64,000 bases of DNA from Nemertoderma westbladi (lineage: Eukaryota > Animalia > Xenacoelomorpha), in contig JAUCBJ010002904.1 in the NCBI GenBank assembly GCA_032718475.1, forward strand, positions 1 through 64,000, read 5' to 3'. Below are positions 49,644 to 62,377 of this stretch, piece by piece. How positions within the stretch are numbered: the first letter of the stretch is position 1; every line of letters starts with the position of its first letter. The notes under the pieces were generated by a model. That model searched no databases. It was not told the origin of the DNA and saw only the letters and a program-made list of their open reading frames with translations. The translations under genes and the position numbers were made by a program.

Positions 49644-52600
49644 CCTTAGCTGATCGTCCACCTGTCTTTGGTTCCAATCTTTGACGTAAGCCTTGATTTC
49701 ATTGTTGGCACCAATGAAGTTCGTTCCCTTATCAGATCTCATTGTGTTGCTAGTTCCAAAGCGAGCGATCTGTTGGCGTAGACTCAGTATGAAACTGTTG
49801 GTAGATAGATCGTTCACCATATCTAAATGGATCGCTCTACAAGTCATACAGACAAAGATGACACACCATCTCTTGACTATAGTCCTAGCACGATATACTT
49901 CAATAGGGCCAAATAAATCCACACCAGTATTAGTAAAGGGTGGTTCATAGAAGCTTACTCGTTCCCTAGGTAATTCTGCCTCTCGCTGTGTTAAAGGCCT
50001 ACTGAATGCTTTCCTACAGGGTATACAGTTCCTAAGAACTTGGTTCAGAGCTCTACGGGGTTTATGAAAATAATAGCGAGTTCGAATTTCGCTAAGAACT
50101 CGTTCTCTACCAGCATGATAAAGCTTACTGTGAACATCTACAATCATCTTGATTTGTATTTCAAGATTTCTAATGAGTATGGGAAACTTAGTGTCAAAGG
50201 ATAATGGAGCATTAGTTAGTCTTCCTCCAACGCGTATTAACCCATCTATCATTGTGCTAGAGAAACGATCCCTTAAGCGCATCTGTGGATTTCTCAACAA
50301 CAGGAAATACTTATCGGAATCCTCATAGCATTGCAGGAGTCTCAGTATCTGCTTATTTGTTTCTTCATGCTCCTGGTAACTGATCCTCTCCTTCAGAAAT
50401 CTGTCTGATATCTTGTATTTGGGAAGATCTTTAACAACATGGACCTGACGCAGATGTCAGTGGAGCAGTATCACTAGCGGTCTTCGTCCTGGAGTAGTGA
50501 TGATGAAAACATCGCTTTAAATATGTAACGGCCTTACAAAGCCGATTCCAGGAGCTATAGTGATGTATCGCTCTCTGCAGGAGAGGTGAGAGTCCTTGCG
50601 AGACGTCTGGTGTTCCAGATTTCCAATCTCTCTCTCTGATTTCCACAACAGACTTATTTGTGGCTGGGGGTTTTGGATCCAAAGCGTCGTCTCCGGAAGT
50701 GTGTAGTACAGACAGATCTATCACGGGTTTAAATAACTTCGATTTACTCGCCCGGGTTTTAGGTTTGACTTTCTCCGCTCCCTTGGCTTGTCTAATCTCC
50801 GCCGTAGTAAGATGAGGAGGCCATTCATCCTCTTCTTTGCTTAGGAAGTCGGGTCCACCTAACCAGTCTGGAGTATCTATCAGTTCTTGTGGAGTTGCTC
50901 CCCTGGAGGCGATGTCGGCTGGATTAATCGTCCCGGGGCAATGTCTCCATTGATCTATCTTCGTGCGACTAAGTATAATGGCTACTCTGTTGGTAACGAA
51001 GACGCTGAACTGACAGACTTCATTGGTTATATACTCCAACACGAGTAAAGCATCGGTCCAATAGACAGTTTTCTCCAGTGGATAGTCGATCTGTTCTGTT
51101 ACATTCCGGCCGATGGCTGTAGCGTATAGAGCCGCTTTTAACTCCGCTCGAGGAACTTTCAACTTGTTGTTTATCAAGGCCTTAGAGGTAACCAAGGCGA
51201 CCTTAATTCCATCCGGAGTTTCAACTCTCAGGTAGGCTACTATACCTATTCCCATATCGCTGGCGTCTCCAAACACATGGAGTTGATAGGAATACGTGGG
51301 GAGAACGTGACCAAAATATGAACGGGAAATTATAAAGTTCTCGATGGATGGTAGAGAATCTTCCCATTTCATCCACTTCTTTAATAGTTCTCCCTTAAGT
51401 GGATCGTCCCATGAGTGGTTTTCAAGCCACATTTGTTGTACTAAACTCCGAGCAATCAATATAACTGGGCTAATAAATCCCAATGGATCGAAATAAGTGC
51501 TCAGGATACTTAGACAAATCCGTTTAGTCCGAACTGGATTATCTCGCTGTTTTAGCTGGAAAAACAGGATATCTCTCTCCGTGTCCCATTTCAAACCAAG
51601 CGTCTTGGTTTCTGGAAGATCGTCCTTGATAAGGTCTAGATCTTTAACTCCTCGGTCTTCTACCGGGATCGATTCCAGAAACTCACGGGAGTTACTGGTG
51701 AATTTAGTTAATCGAAATCCACCTCTTTTCAAGCACTCTACCGTTCCTTTGGCGACATCAATGGCTTCTTCCACCGATGGGAGGGACTTTAAATTGTCGT
51801 CCATGTATATATCCCGTTTGATGTTGTCGATAACCTCTTTGGAGAAGGCGTCCCGGTTGTCATCAGCAGTGGTGCGCACTACTGAGCAGGCGTTTGAAGG
51901 GCTCGAGATGATCCCAAAAGCCTGGATGGTCATCCAGTACTCCACCGGTTTCTGGTTGAGGTCTCCTTCAGGCCACCACAGAAATCGTAGGCTGTCTCGA
52001 TCTCTATCCAGCGCCTTAACTTGTAAGAACATGCCTTCTATATCGGAGGCGAAAGCGATTGAATATTGTCGTAATCTTAAGAGTATTCCCAACAAGGATT
52101 GGAGTAAGTTGGGTCCCGGCAACAACTCGGAGTTAAGGGATTGGCCCATGTAGAGGGCGGAGCCGTCAAATACTACCCGGACTTCGTTGGGTTTACCGGG
52201 TTTGGGAACGTAATGATGTGTTAGATAGTACGTTCTCTCAGTTATGGGTGTTTCTTCCGGTACTCGCTCCGCATATCCCTTGTCAATGAATTTCTTCAAC
52301 TGGGTCTTGTACATCTCCTTAGCTGAAGCATTTGCCGTAAGGCGTCGATGTAGTTGCGCAATTCTCTTCTCCGCCAAGGGTCGGTTGTTTATAAAATTGG
52401 GTTCTCGCCGTCGGAAAGGCAGACCAATCTCATACCTACCTTGATCTTTAAGAAAACGTGTAGTCGTTTCCTGTATCTGCTTGGCTCTTTCTTCTTCTAC
52501 CGATAGGGCCTTATCGTAGGAATTGGGCTCTACAGCCTCTTGAGTAAAGAATCGTACGGCGTGTTCATCACGAGTCTTCGCGTTGTAACGATCTATCACT

Positions 52601-55600
52601 TCATTCAGTTCGTCGTTGTAATCGACTTGTCCCGCTGGATGAATGAGGTGACATAGGTTCACTTGGTTTTGCCAAGTTTCATTTTCCGTAAGGAGGTCGA
52701 TGGTATTCTCCTCGTCGAATAGTTGGTGGATATCGTCATTATCTGAGGAGTATGGTGTTCCCTCAGGTGTGTCGTCTCCCTCACTGATCTCCTCTTCCCA
52801 TTCACTCACCTGGTAGACTCGTTCTTTGGGTAGCCTTTCCATGAGAGTTCTACGGGAAGGTCCAGTAAAGTACCAACCTACTCTAGTTCTTCCCGCATAG
52901 GTTTGCAGTGGTTGCGGTTGAGCAGGCCGTTTTTCCAATGTCTCAAGCGCCTCATGCGCATTTTGGCCGATGAGTATTTGTACTCCAGGGTAGTCTGTGT
53001 TGAATCTAGGTATCTCATGCTGCTGGGTGAAATCGTCCTCATCCCAGTTATAAGGTTCCACTTGGCTGGTAGCGAAGTTCTTTATCGCCACCATTTTTAC
53101 TGACCTTATACTGTGTTCTCCTAGTTCATCCTGGGGGGTGGACAACGCGCCTACATAGTAGTCTGTAGTTACTGTAGATTTCCAAACCTGCATAATTCCT
53201 GAAAGGTTCAACTTAGTTCGGAACTTGGGTTGTCCAGCAAAGATGTCTTCGGCTAGTTCTTTGTCGATGAATGTTCCTGTGCTGCCGGAGTCAAGGAGGG
53301 CGTTCACTATATAGCTCTTTTCTGACCCGTGGACTCTCAACTGCACTACAGGAAATTCTCAGATTCCTACGTTGGAAGTTGGTGCTTTCCAAGATGGTTG
53401 TCGGTCAGGAATAGTTAGGGGGAGCTCACTATCGGTTTCCTTCTCATACGTAAGTGCTTGATACACTGCGGTGTTTATTAGGTAACAGGATTCGTTTTCG
53501 TCGGAGAATTCATCCGTATAGAATCCTTCCATCTCAGAACTTTGGTCAGTGTCGTTCATATCACTGAATTGGACATGTGGTTCGGACTCACTTACCTGAC
53601 TCAGGCTGTTTCTTTCGAATTCAGTGTGCAACAAGATATGATGTTTTGCGCCGCACTTTGCACACCTTGCGTCGGAGTAACAGGTTCGCCGTTGGTGTCC
53701 TTGTCTGAGGCAATTATAACACAACCGCTTATCCCACATGACTTCACATCTATCTTTTAATGATTTCTTTAGGAATTCATCACACACACTCAAACAGTGG
53801 GGCCCGTCACACAGCGCACATTTCGGTTTGATGTTACTTACCTTACTTTGGGTAACGTTGTGCACACTCGTTCTTTCCTCGGGCTTTCTTCCGTGAATTC
53901 TCTTAGGAGACGTAGGAGGAGTTTTTCTTACCTGTTCTCTCCTGTCATTAGTTCGAGACTTAAATTTACTTACGTCTTTAGACGCTTTGTTGACATAGTA
54001 AGATCTTTCAGTGTCTTTCCCGCTGTCCTCTTCTTGAGAAGCCTGGCTTTCGCCGTCGTCTGTATAACACACTGGTGTTACCTTTCTCCTAGAAACGGGT
54101 TTCTCACTTACCTTATTTTCTGGTGTCTTCTCTCTAGACTGCTTTAGGAGCTGTAATTTTACCTCTCCATCTAAGAATGACATGAGATCAGCCATGGTAG
54201 GGTCTCGTCGTTGTTGTTCCATCATATATAAGACTTTCTTGTCCCAGCGTGTACCTACTCCACCCTTTGTTAAAGTAGAGGCCACGGCTCCAATAACCAT
54301 AGAACTCTGATACTCATGAGACTTACCTAGCCAATCTAATTGTCTACAAATCTCCTGGATCTCATTGGAAAATTCTATAATCCCGGTGCTAAGAAACTTT
54401 CGTGGTGCTACTAATTTCGCATACAAATACCTAGCTATGTTATTCCTATTACCATACCTGATGTTTAGTGTATCCCAAACTTGTCTTAATCCATCTGGAT
54501 GTCCAATAAACTTTAACGCCATTAACTTGGGAGATCCTTCCAAGCACTCGATGAGGAATCTAAGTTTCTCTCCGTTAGATAGCACAGAGTTCTGTATGTT
54601 ATCTTTATAATATTCATTAAAAGGTAACCATTTCATCTCATCTCCGTTGAACTTGACGATCTCTCCCACCTTTACCGCTTGACCGGCTTTGGTTCTAGCC
54701 ATTTGACGCATAAAACTTTCTTGGGCCTTCGTGTTATTTAATATCGAGTTATCGGTATATAAATTTCTCGGATTATGATCAGGTCTATATGGAATATCAT
54801 TGTCAACAGGTTTATAATTACCCTTAAGAGGGTTTATTATAGGAGTTTCTACTTCACTAGCAGTATAGATGCGTGTAGGCTCCACACCTTGCGCATGAAA
54901 TACTTCAGACCTGACAGGTTGACACATTGTTACAGAGGGTGGTGGTATACCCCTTTGTAGATTTACTAACTTATCGCGTTCTAACGCGATACTCTGCTGC
55001 ACTTCCTGCAATTCTAACCTACTCTCTCTTACTGTTCCCCTTAACTGTTGAACAGTCCCCTCCAACTCTCGGACCTGCTGGGAGGAGCGTGTCTGATTCT
55101 CCTCCATCTGCCCGAGGAGAATATCCATCCCCCGCCGTCGCTCATCCACCCACTCTACCACCGAAGCGGGAGCTGCCAACATAGTAGCGGGCAGACGAGG
55201 GACGACGGGCGATAAATCTTTAATGTCTCGCTCGGCGTCCAGGACATGAATTGTCTCAGGGACTGTTCTACTGGGCACAGGTAGTTTAGTACTGTGCAAA
55301 GGGAATTTAGAGGTAGGTTCTGGGAGTACAGTTGTCTCTATCACCGAAGGGGTGGCTTCGAGAACAGGCCTGATTATTTCAGGCTCATCTACTATAGTAG
55401 GGAGTCTTTCTACTCTAATAATTTGGTCTGTGGGTTCTGTACAACCTAAGTCTGTGCTAGCTAGTTGCCTTCTCACGGCTGGGGGCAAATTAGGCAATTT
55501 CTGACGGTGGGGCGTTCTTCTACGCCTGCTGAGACGAGATCTATTTCCTCCGCCTTCAGGATCTGTTGTATCGCCTTCATCAGATGATGTAAATCCCTGT

Positions 55601-57114
55601 CGCTTGGGAGTAGATAGACTTATCATCTGCCACTGACTAGCTGTTCTCTGTTTATCTATGTAGTCTTGCTTCTCTAGAAGATTTTCCAACTCTAGTTGGG
55701 TGGTCTCTTCAGACGCCCTCCGTTCTGCTTCTGCCACTGCTACCTTTCTTTCCGCTTCTGCTGCTTTTCTTTCCACTTCTGCTGCTGCAACTGCCGCTTT
55801 TCTTTCCACTTCGGCCGCTTTTCTTTCCGCTTCGGCCGCTTTTCTTTCCGCTTCTGCCGCTGTCATTGCCGCTTTCCTTTCCACTTCTGCTGCCTTTCTT
55901 TCCGCTTCTGCCTCTGCCGCTGCCGATGCTGCTGTCTTTCTGTCTTCTATACGTTTTTTCTTTACTTGTTCTTCTTGAACCCTAGCGATGCGGCTGCTTT
56001 CATCAAATTTAGCTTGGTTCGCAGCTAACATTTCCGCATCTATTGCGTCCAACACAAACTTGGCTCCTTCACTATTAGGACGAAGTCCAGCAAGCTGTCT
56101 CCTCAATTCTTCGTCACCTAGAAATCATTGATAGTCCGACAGATAGAGGTCAATAGCGTCCTTCTTCTGAGGTTTCTCTGCTGTCGCTTCGCTTTCCACT
56201 TGAGAAAAGGTAGCGTCTGTTGATTCTCCGTGGGTTGAGCGCTCAGCTAGCTGAAATTTCCACTGGGCCATTCCTTGAACTTTGAGACCCACCCGCTGGA
56301 ACCAAGTCTTTACGGCAACTTGCAACGACGTGTCTTGGCTTCTTTTCGAAGCTTCCTCAAAGGCCGATAGGATTAGTCTGATTCTTAGAATTCTTTCTCG
56401 AACTTGATAAAGCAGCTCTCCCTGCTCTTGAGGTCCTTGGGGTTGTTGAAACAGTTGTTCCTCTAATCGCTCCAAAGAGCTGAAGAATCCCTGTACATAT
56501 CCTGCTGCCGACCTCTTCCACACAGCTGGATCTCTAGTGTCCCTTACCACTCCCATCCTGTATAAGTCCTCCCAGGCAGCTTCCGATAAGTTAAACGGGA
56601 GTCCGGGTCTCGGGAAATTCCATTGCGTCTCGACAATAGACTTCAGTTCCTCCTTTGTGTATCCCGCATAACTGTCCTTGGTCGATCGCTTACTTCTCGC
56701 CCAATCCATTTGATGTTCCTCCACCGCAATCAATACTCTAGTGAGTACGGCTTCAGGAAGAATGAGAAGTGGATCCGAATAAACTACTTCGGCCATCTTT
56801 GCTCCGCGCTCGGGTGTCAACTCTACAGTATCTGAACTACTGGAGCTATCGGGCCGCTGAGAAATAAGTTCTCGGCTCGAGTGTTGCTGTTGTTTAACAG
56901 CTGCCTCTTGGTCCCGCTTGACTTGAGCCCGAGTGCCTATGATAGAGCTACGGTGTTTGACTAGCCTAGGGTCTGATACTACTACTGGAGGGATGACCTT
57001 TCTTACAGTAGGCGGGGAGTTGAACTTCGGTCTCAAACGTTCCGCACTCCTATCTGGATCACAGATTGTTGTATCTAGGAGACTGTCTGACAGATTTTGC
57101 TTTGTGTCAGCCAT
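49644..57114 (-). pseudogene. gag-pol: BEL gag-pol polyprotein (single frame with premature TGA stops at 56125 and 53359, frameshift near 50450)
   Basis: Three BEL knuckles (CALCDGPH..C, CYNCLRQGH..C, CAKCGAKHHILLH). LLDSGS; RVVFDGS, DIEGMFLQV, YMDD; FGDASD, PRAELKA; H..H..CIPC, DLFGP, SDKGTNF. Confidence 0.96.
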
Positions 57115-58542
57115 GTTTGTTTGTACAGTTGAATACTTACTGCTAGAACTACAGTTAAAGCAAGTCTAGTAATTCAGTATCAACTACAAGCCTAGTAATT
57201 AATTACCGATACCGTTACTCAGTGTAACGTGTTATATATACAATATATTAGAATACCGGTATACACTTATAGTATATATAAGTATTATTACGGACTAGGT
57301 TTCTTCACAGGATACCGGTATATAATTTCAGCGCAAATATATATAAATATATAATAAGCCTACTGTGAATACCAGTATACAGCTTAGCTTACACTTATAG
57401 TATATATAAGTATAATTATAGACATAAAATTAATTACAGAATACCGGTATATAATTTCAGCTTAAATTTATAGAAATAAATATAATAAGCCTATCGTAAA
57501 TACCGGTATGTTAATTATTTTATAATAACTGAATTTCTGAATTTTAGGGTTACCTTTCTTTACTTTGTTACTGTTATTAAGCAGTAGTCCAACTGATATT
57601 AAGACCTAATTGATGGATGACAGGCCTACTATTTTATAAATCGGTTTGAGTTGATTTATAATATATATATACCCGTTTAATGGGTTTTGTTACAATATTT
57701 GAAATAAATGTTATTATTTCTAGGCAAGGAGTCACTTTACAGAAGCTGAACGCTCTCAGTGTAGTGCTACTTATTGGACACTAAAACAAATAATTCTAAT
57801 TTACTAAGTTACTTATTACTTACTACAAATTACGTACAATTAAGGGGTGAGATTACAATCTCTAAATAAACACAAAAATTACACGTACAAATTTTAGGGT
57901 AATTTTACAGGAAATTTACAAACCAGCCTAACAAGGGGTTAGAATTTCTGGTTATTACAACGGACAAGATACTATGGTATTTGAAAATAATTAAGCAGTA
58001 GTAAATATATTGCATTGTCTAGATAAGAAAATACCACCGTCTGACGACTTATAGTCTCTAGCTTACAGCTCTATAAGTACTACGTTATGTACCCGGAGTG
58101 TTCCTACCTAGAAGTTAATTACCGCAGCCAATGGGGGGGGATTTACCTTACAGCACTGGATGCCCCCACGTTCCTAACTAGTACTTTATCAGACATACAC
58201 TCTACACACACTGCAATCTCTTCAGACCTAACAACAGTCAGACAACAATCCAGCCTACAAATTACTTGTACAATCTGAGCAGGCTTACACGCCTTCTGCT
58301 CAATATTAACTTACAGATAAATAAAACTGACAGAAATAAGTAAAATACCAATAAAAAACCAGGGCTGCAGTCCCTGATTAAATATCAAGACCTACTGGTA
58401 TATAATTATCAAAATCGAATAATACTGATGTACCTGTACTGCTGTAAGTACCGGTTCGGGTGGTTAGGTAGTTAGGCCTACTGGTTACCAGTCGACCGGT
58501 ACTTTTCGACTTTATTGCCTACGTTGCAATAAAGAAACTACA

Positions 58543-58553
58543 ATAACTGTTAT
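58543..58553 (-). promoter_or_regulatory. Non-tRNA primer-binding site of copy B (ATAACAGTTAT)
   Basis: Abuts the 5' LTR. Exact inverted repeat of 59306-59316 (also 30142-30152 in the 3' LTR). Confidence 0.75.
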
Positions 58554-59755
58554 TGTTCACGCTTTTAGACCTTTAGCAGTTTAACCCGCTAATTTTAGCT
58601 GTCTTCTAGTTTGTAAATCGACTTTAGCCTATAACAAGTATTTGTTGCATAAGATATAAAGTTACACTAGCCGAAGCCAGCCTATGCGCGACCATTCACC
58701 CACAGTTAAGGGAGACTGGATTCGGAGGCTCTGACCTTATTGCGGTGTAGACTTACTGTACTATTCGATTGATCGTTAATATATAATCTCTGACAAATAT
58801 TATTTACTTTCGGGAAATATTAACAGTTCCTTTAGGACGTGGCGTTCTAATTATGTAAACAGAGTTATGACTTACACTAAACACAACGGGATGGCTAATG
58901 ATTTTCGTATAAAGCGCATTCTTTAGGAAATGCTTTGTTATCTGTCACACTCATGCACACTACCGCACACTGCTGCACACTGATCTGCCGACCTTCACTA
59001 AATTTGATCATATATAAAGAGAATAGCAACCGACACATGTAGGGATTATGAAATAGCATTCAATTCACTCCAAAACCACTATAATGTAAGTCGCAATTGC
59101 TACAGGTAACCGGTCTCTCTAACCTTCAGTATATCAAGAAGATTGGGGTTTTGTGATTATTTATCGATATTCTCCAAATATAACAACATATCCATCAACT
59201 TCTAACAATTAATAACCGACAGTAAATAGCAGTAAAATAATGCGGTGAAAGGTATGTATAGTAAGATATGGGCTGATATGCTATGCTGTGCTGAGCCGTG
59301 TTGCGATAACAGTTATACGTTTCTATAATCAAAGCCGTCGAATGTTTGGCTAAAGTCTGAAACTAAGAATAATTCCAAAGCCGATGTTCTGGGCTCAGGA
59401 AAAAGGTAAACAAAGACCGTCTGCATTGCGCGATTTCCCGTAGGCTTCTGTACAAATAAAATGAAAATCGCTCTGATTGGTCGAGTGAGCTGAACAAAGA
59501 GAGTTAAAAGCTCCACATCGACATCAAAATCAGCTGATAGATTTCGTCATCTAAGCCACACTGTATTAAGAGTATTTTGGCGTATTGCGGCATAAAATGG
59601 CTTGTTATGTCCGCTAAAGTACACATACAGAAAAATGGCTTTTTATGTCCACTAAAACACCTACACAGTAAGAAAACGGCTTTTTATGACCGCTAAAACA
59701 CCTACAAAGTACTTTGCGGGATAAATGACTAGTTATATCCGCAAAAGCCTTTACA
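58554..59755 (-). repeat. 5' LTR of BEL copy B (1202 bp)
   Basis: Direct repeat of 29388-30562, followed by TSD CTTGA. Confidence 0.96.
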
Positions 59756-60369
59756 CTTGATGACATACAAACAGGACCGTATTCAAGTGAAGCAGCAACG
59801 AAGGCAGGGCTTCTTTATAATGCAGTTTTGAAGCCTGATTTTATAATAGCATTGGCGACGATGGAGCGTACTTCATCCTTAGTTCTCCCACTTTCGAAGG
59901 CCCTACAATCCATCAACCAAGATCTGTTGCAAATGAATTGGTAACTGAAGTGATCCAAGTTCTGAAGGATGACCGAATAGATGCAGCGAATGAGTTTAAT
60001 AATGTTGTGTTTCGTAAGGCAAAGACCCTTTGTGATCAATTTAGTGTTGATATATCGATTCCCAGAAGAGCAGGACGACAGACACATCGTTCAATCTATT
60101 CCACTTCCAGCCCAGAGGAGTTCTTTCGTCTTGCTATATTTAACCCATACTTGGATTATTTAATTCAAGAATTAACTTCACGCTTCAAGGACCAACAGGA
60201 GCGTTGTGGTTTCCTCTGGTGTATCCTACCTCATAAGCTTATAGATAGCTATAATGTAGACAGTATTAAGAAAGTTATGGACGTATATAAAGAAGATATT
60301 GACTCCCTGGTAAAACTAATCCAATCGTTTGCTGCATGCCACAGTAGAAGAATGGATTTCGTCCTATAA
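59756..60369 (+). pseudogene. hAT transposase, 3' part (truncated before the dimerization domain)
   Basis: LPLSKALQS, PRRAGRQTHRS, EEFFRLAIFNPYLDYLIQELTSRF. Confidence 0.85.
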
Positions 60370-60860
60370 TGATGTTGATTTGTTTGAATATTGTATACCT
60401 AATGAATGTTAGTTTGTTAGTGAATAATTTAGTTGAATGTTAGTTGAATTATTCAATAACTTTTTAAATTTTCCCGCTTCCACTTGAGCTCCCCCCCCCC
60501 CCCCCCCCCCCCCTTAACCAAATTCTGGCTGCGCCGTTGTTCTAATTAGAAAACTAAGCAAATGACCAGCTTGAAGGCCGTAGACCCTTAATATCAGGCA
60601 TCGAGCAGCCAATGAGAGAGCAGATGCGAGTACAGTGGTAAAGCCCATCCACGGTGTGATAACGTCACACTAACTCTCAAGGATAGTTATACTCAACATT
60701 CAAATATCCCTCGCAATCCAGACTCCCCCAGCATCTAAAGCATTCCACTTCAATGCAAAATATATAGAGCTTTAGTTGGATTTGAACCTGTGCTTGCAAA
60801 CTCTTTTGTGTTCGTATATTGTAATTTATTGTTCATATAATGCAATATAGCTCGGCTATT

Positions 60861-61170
60861 TAGTCTGTGCCTCAGTGATGCATAGTCTGTGCCTCAGTGA
60901 TGCATAGTCTGTGCCTCAGTGAGGCATAGTCTGTGCCCCAGTGAGGCATAGTCTATGCCTCAGTGAGGCATAGTCTGTGCCTCTGTGAGGCATAGTTTGT
61001 GCCTCAGTGCCTCAGCGAGGCATAGTCTGTGCCTCAGTGAAGCATAGTCTGTGCCTCAGGGAGGCATAGTCTGTGCCTCAGGGAGGCATAGTCTGTGCCT
61101 CAGAGAGGCATAGTCTGTGCCTCAGTGAGGCATAGTCTGTGCCTCAGTGAGGCATAGTCTGTGTCTCAGT
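60861..61170 (-). repeat. 22-bp tandem array (right TIR end), ~14 units
   Basis: Reverse complement of the 12087-12269 array. Confidence 0.95.
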
Positions 61171-61261
61171 CCTAAAACTCGAGACTCTAGGAGTGCCTCA
61201 GGTCTTAAATGGGAGTCTTACAAATTCGAACGTCAACTAACAAATTCGAACGTTACTGTTC

Positions 61262-61332
61262 AAGCTTGGTGTAGTGGTTGCGTTGAATTCACATCTCCCA
61301 TAGGTCATGGGTTCGATCCCCGCATGGACCAG
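61262..61332 (+). other. tRNA-derived (SINE-head-like) segment
   Basis: A-box-like TGGTGTAGTGG and B-box GGTTCGATCC at tRNA spacing. No complete cloverleaf. Confidence 0.45.
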
Positions 61333-62377
61333 GGTAGTTTTCGTTCAGTCAGCAATAGGCCTAGCTATACAAAATGTAGTATTATTGCCTAGTAACCAAT
61401 TCATGGGTACTGTATGGTTTTCACTTTGAGACATTTCGCCCTCTAGCTGCAGACTGGGGAACTTCAGACTACTCTGTGACTTCGCAAAAGATAAAGCCTA
61501 TATTGTAATAGATGCCGACTGGGGGGACAAAATTAAGTAATAATATATCTAATGAAGTCTCAAACATCTTGCCTCATGGCTCGCCCCTCAGAACTCTTAA
61601 GCAATATAGCTTCCTAGTCTTGCGGATTGTAAATAACAAAGTTAGAGAAGATGTTAATTTTCAAATAATACGCCCTCTAGCGGCAGACTATGGAACTGCA
61701 GACGGCTGGATATAGGTAAGAGTAATTAGTAATCAGAGGTGTCACGAGAGGGGGTGGGCCGCTTGGATGCATCTATTATTAAAAACCTGTTGCTTGGTTA
61801 AAGCTAATTGGGGGTCAAAGGTCAATGATAAAGCTGTCTGGATATAGATAAGAGTAATTAGTTATCGGTAAGGGAGCTGTATACCCTAGGGCTAAGTATA
61901 GCGAGATTAAAGTCATTGAGGTTATTTAGAAAGTAATAATAAAACTAATAATAATAAAACTAGTTATTGGTAAATCTAAAATAAAATACAAATAGATAAA
62001 TTAAAATTAAATACAAACAATTAATTAAAATTAAGTACAAATAAATAAAAGAGCCGCGGTGTCACTTATGACACCCTTTGGTCCTCTTTGCGACAGTTAG
62101 ACAACACAAACACCATTGCATATCGGATTGATTAATTAGGGTAATCAATTAAACCCTAATTAGGAGTCGTAAGACACCTACCTATTAGGGTTTAATTGTA
62201 CTAATTAATTGATGACACCTGTCAATTAGGGTCTAATTAGCCTAATTATGAGGTGTCACCCAGACAGTCTGGCGCCAATGAAACCCAATGACACTGGGTG
62301 ATATTGGGTGTCACCCAGACAGTCTGGCGCCAGTCCGTGTGGTCTAACTGTCGCAAAGCCGCCCAAACCTCTACTAC

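Larger units (their letters stand above)
29388..59755 (-). mobile_element. BEL/Pao LTR retrotransposon copy B (~18 kb without nested inserts)
   Basis: LTRs at 29388-30562 and 58554-59755 (TG..CA, roughly 1-2% diverged plus a ~28-bp indel). TSD CTTGA at 29383-29387 and 59756-59760. Short purine tract GGGAGCGG at 30570-30563. Confidence 0.96.
14366..60539 (+). mobile_element. hAT DNA transposon (Tip100/Zaphod, THAP12/ZMYM1-like), ~2.7 kb once nested inserts are removed
   Basis: Perfect 14-bp TIR CAACGGCGCAGCCA. 8-bp TSD TTCTAATT at 14358-14365 and 60540-60547. Confidence 0.95.
12087..61170. mobile_element. Outer long-TIR (foldback-like) element, unclassified; hosts the hAT and everything nested in it
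   Basis: 12087-12531 is the reverse complement of 60606-61170 (22-bp array plus ~260 bp of unique sequence). No clear TSD, so ends are approximate. Confidence 0.7.

Noticed and set aside
51497-52153. Long antisense ORFs (also 19424-20347, 40742-41311, 5309-5809)
   Set aside because: Shadows of sense transposon ORFs, with no recognisable motifs.
53347-56127. Programmed readthrough at the two in-frame TGA codons in BEL gag-pol
   Set aside because: Copy A has CGA at the 56125 position and BEL elements normally have one ORF, so these are most likely nonsense mutations. The 53359 stop cannot be compared because it is deleted in copy A.
62130-62240. Telomeric repeats
   Set aside because: Only scattered TTAGGG/CCCTAA hexamers, not tandem.
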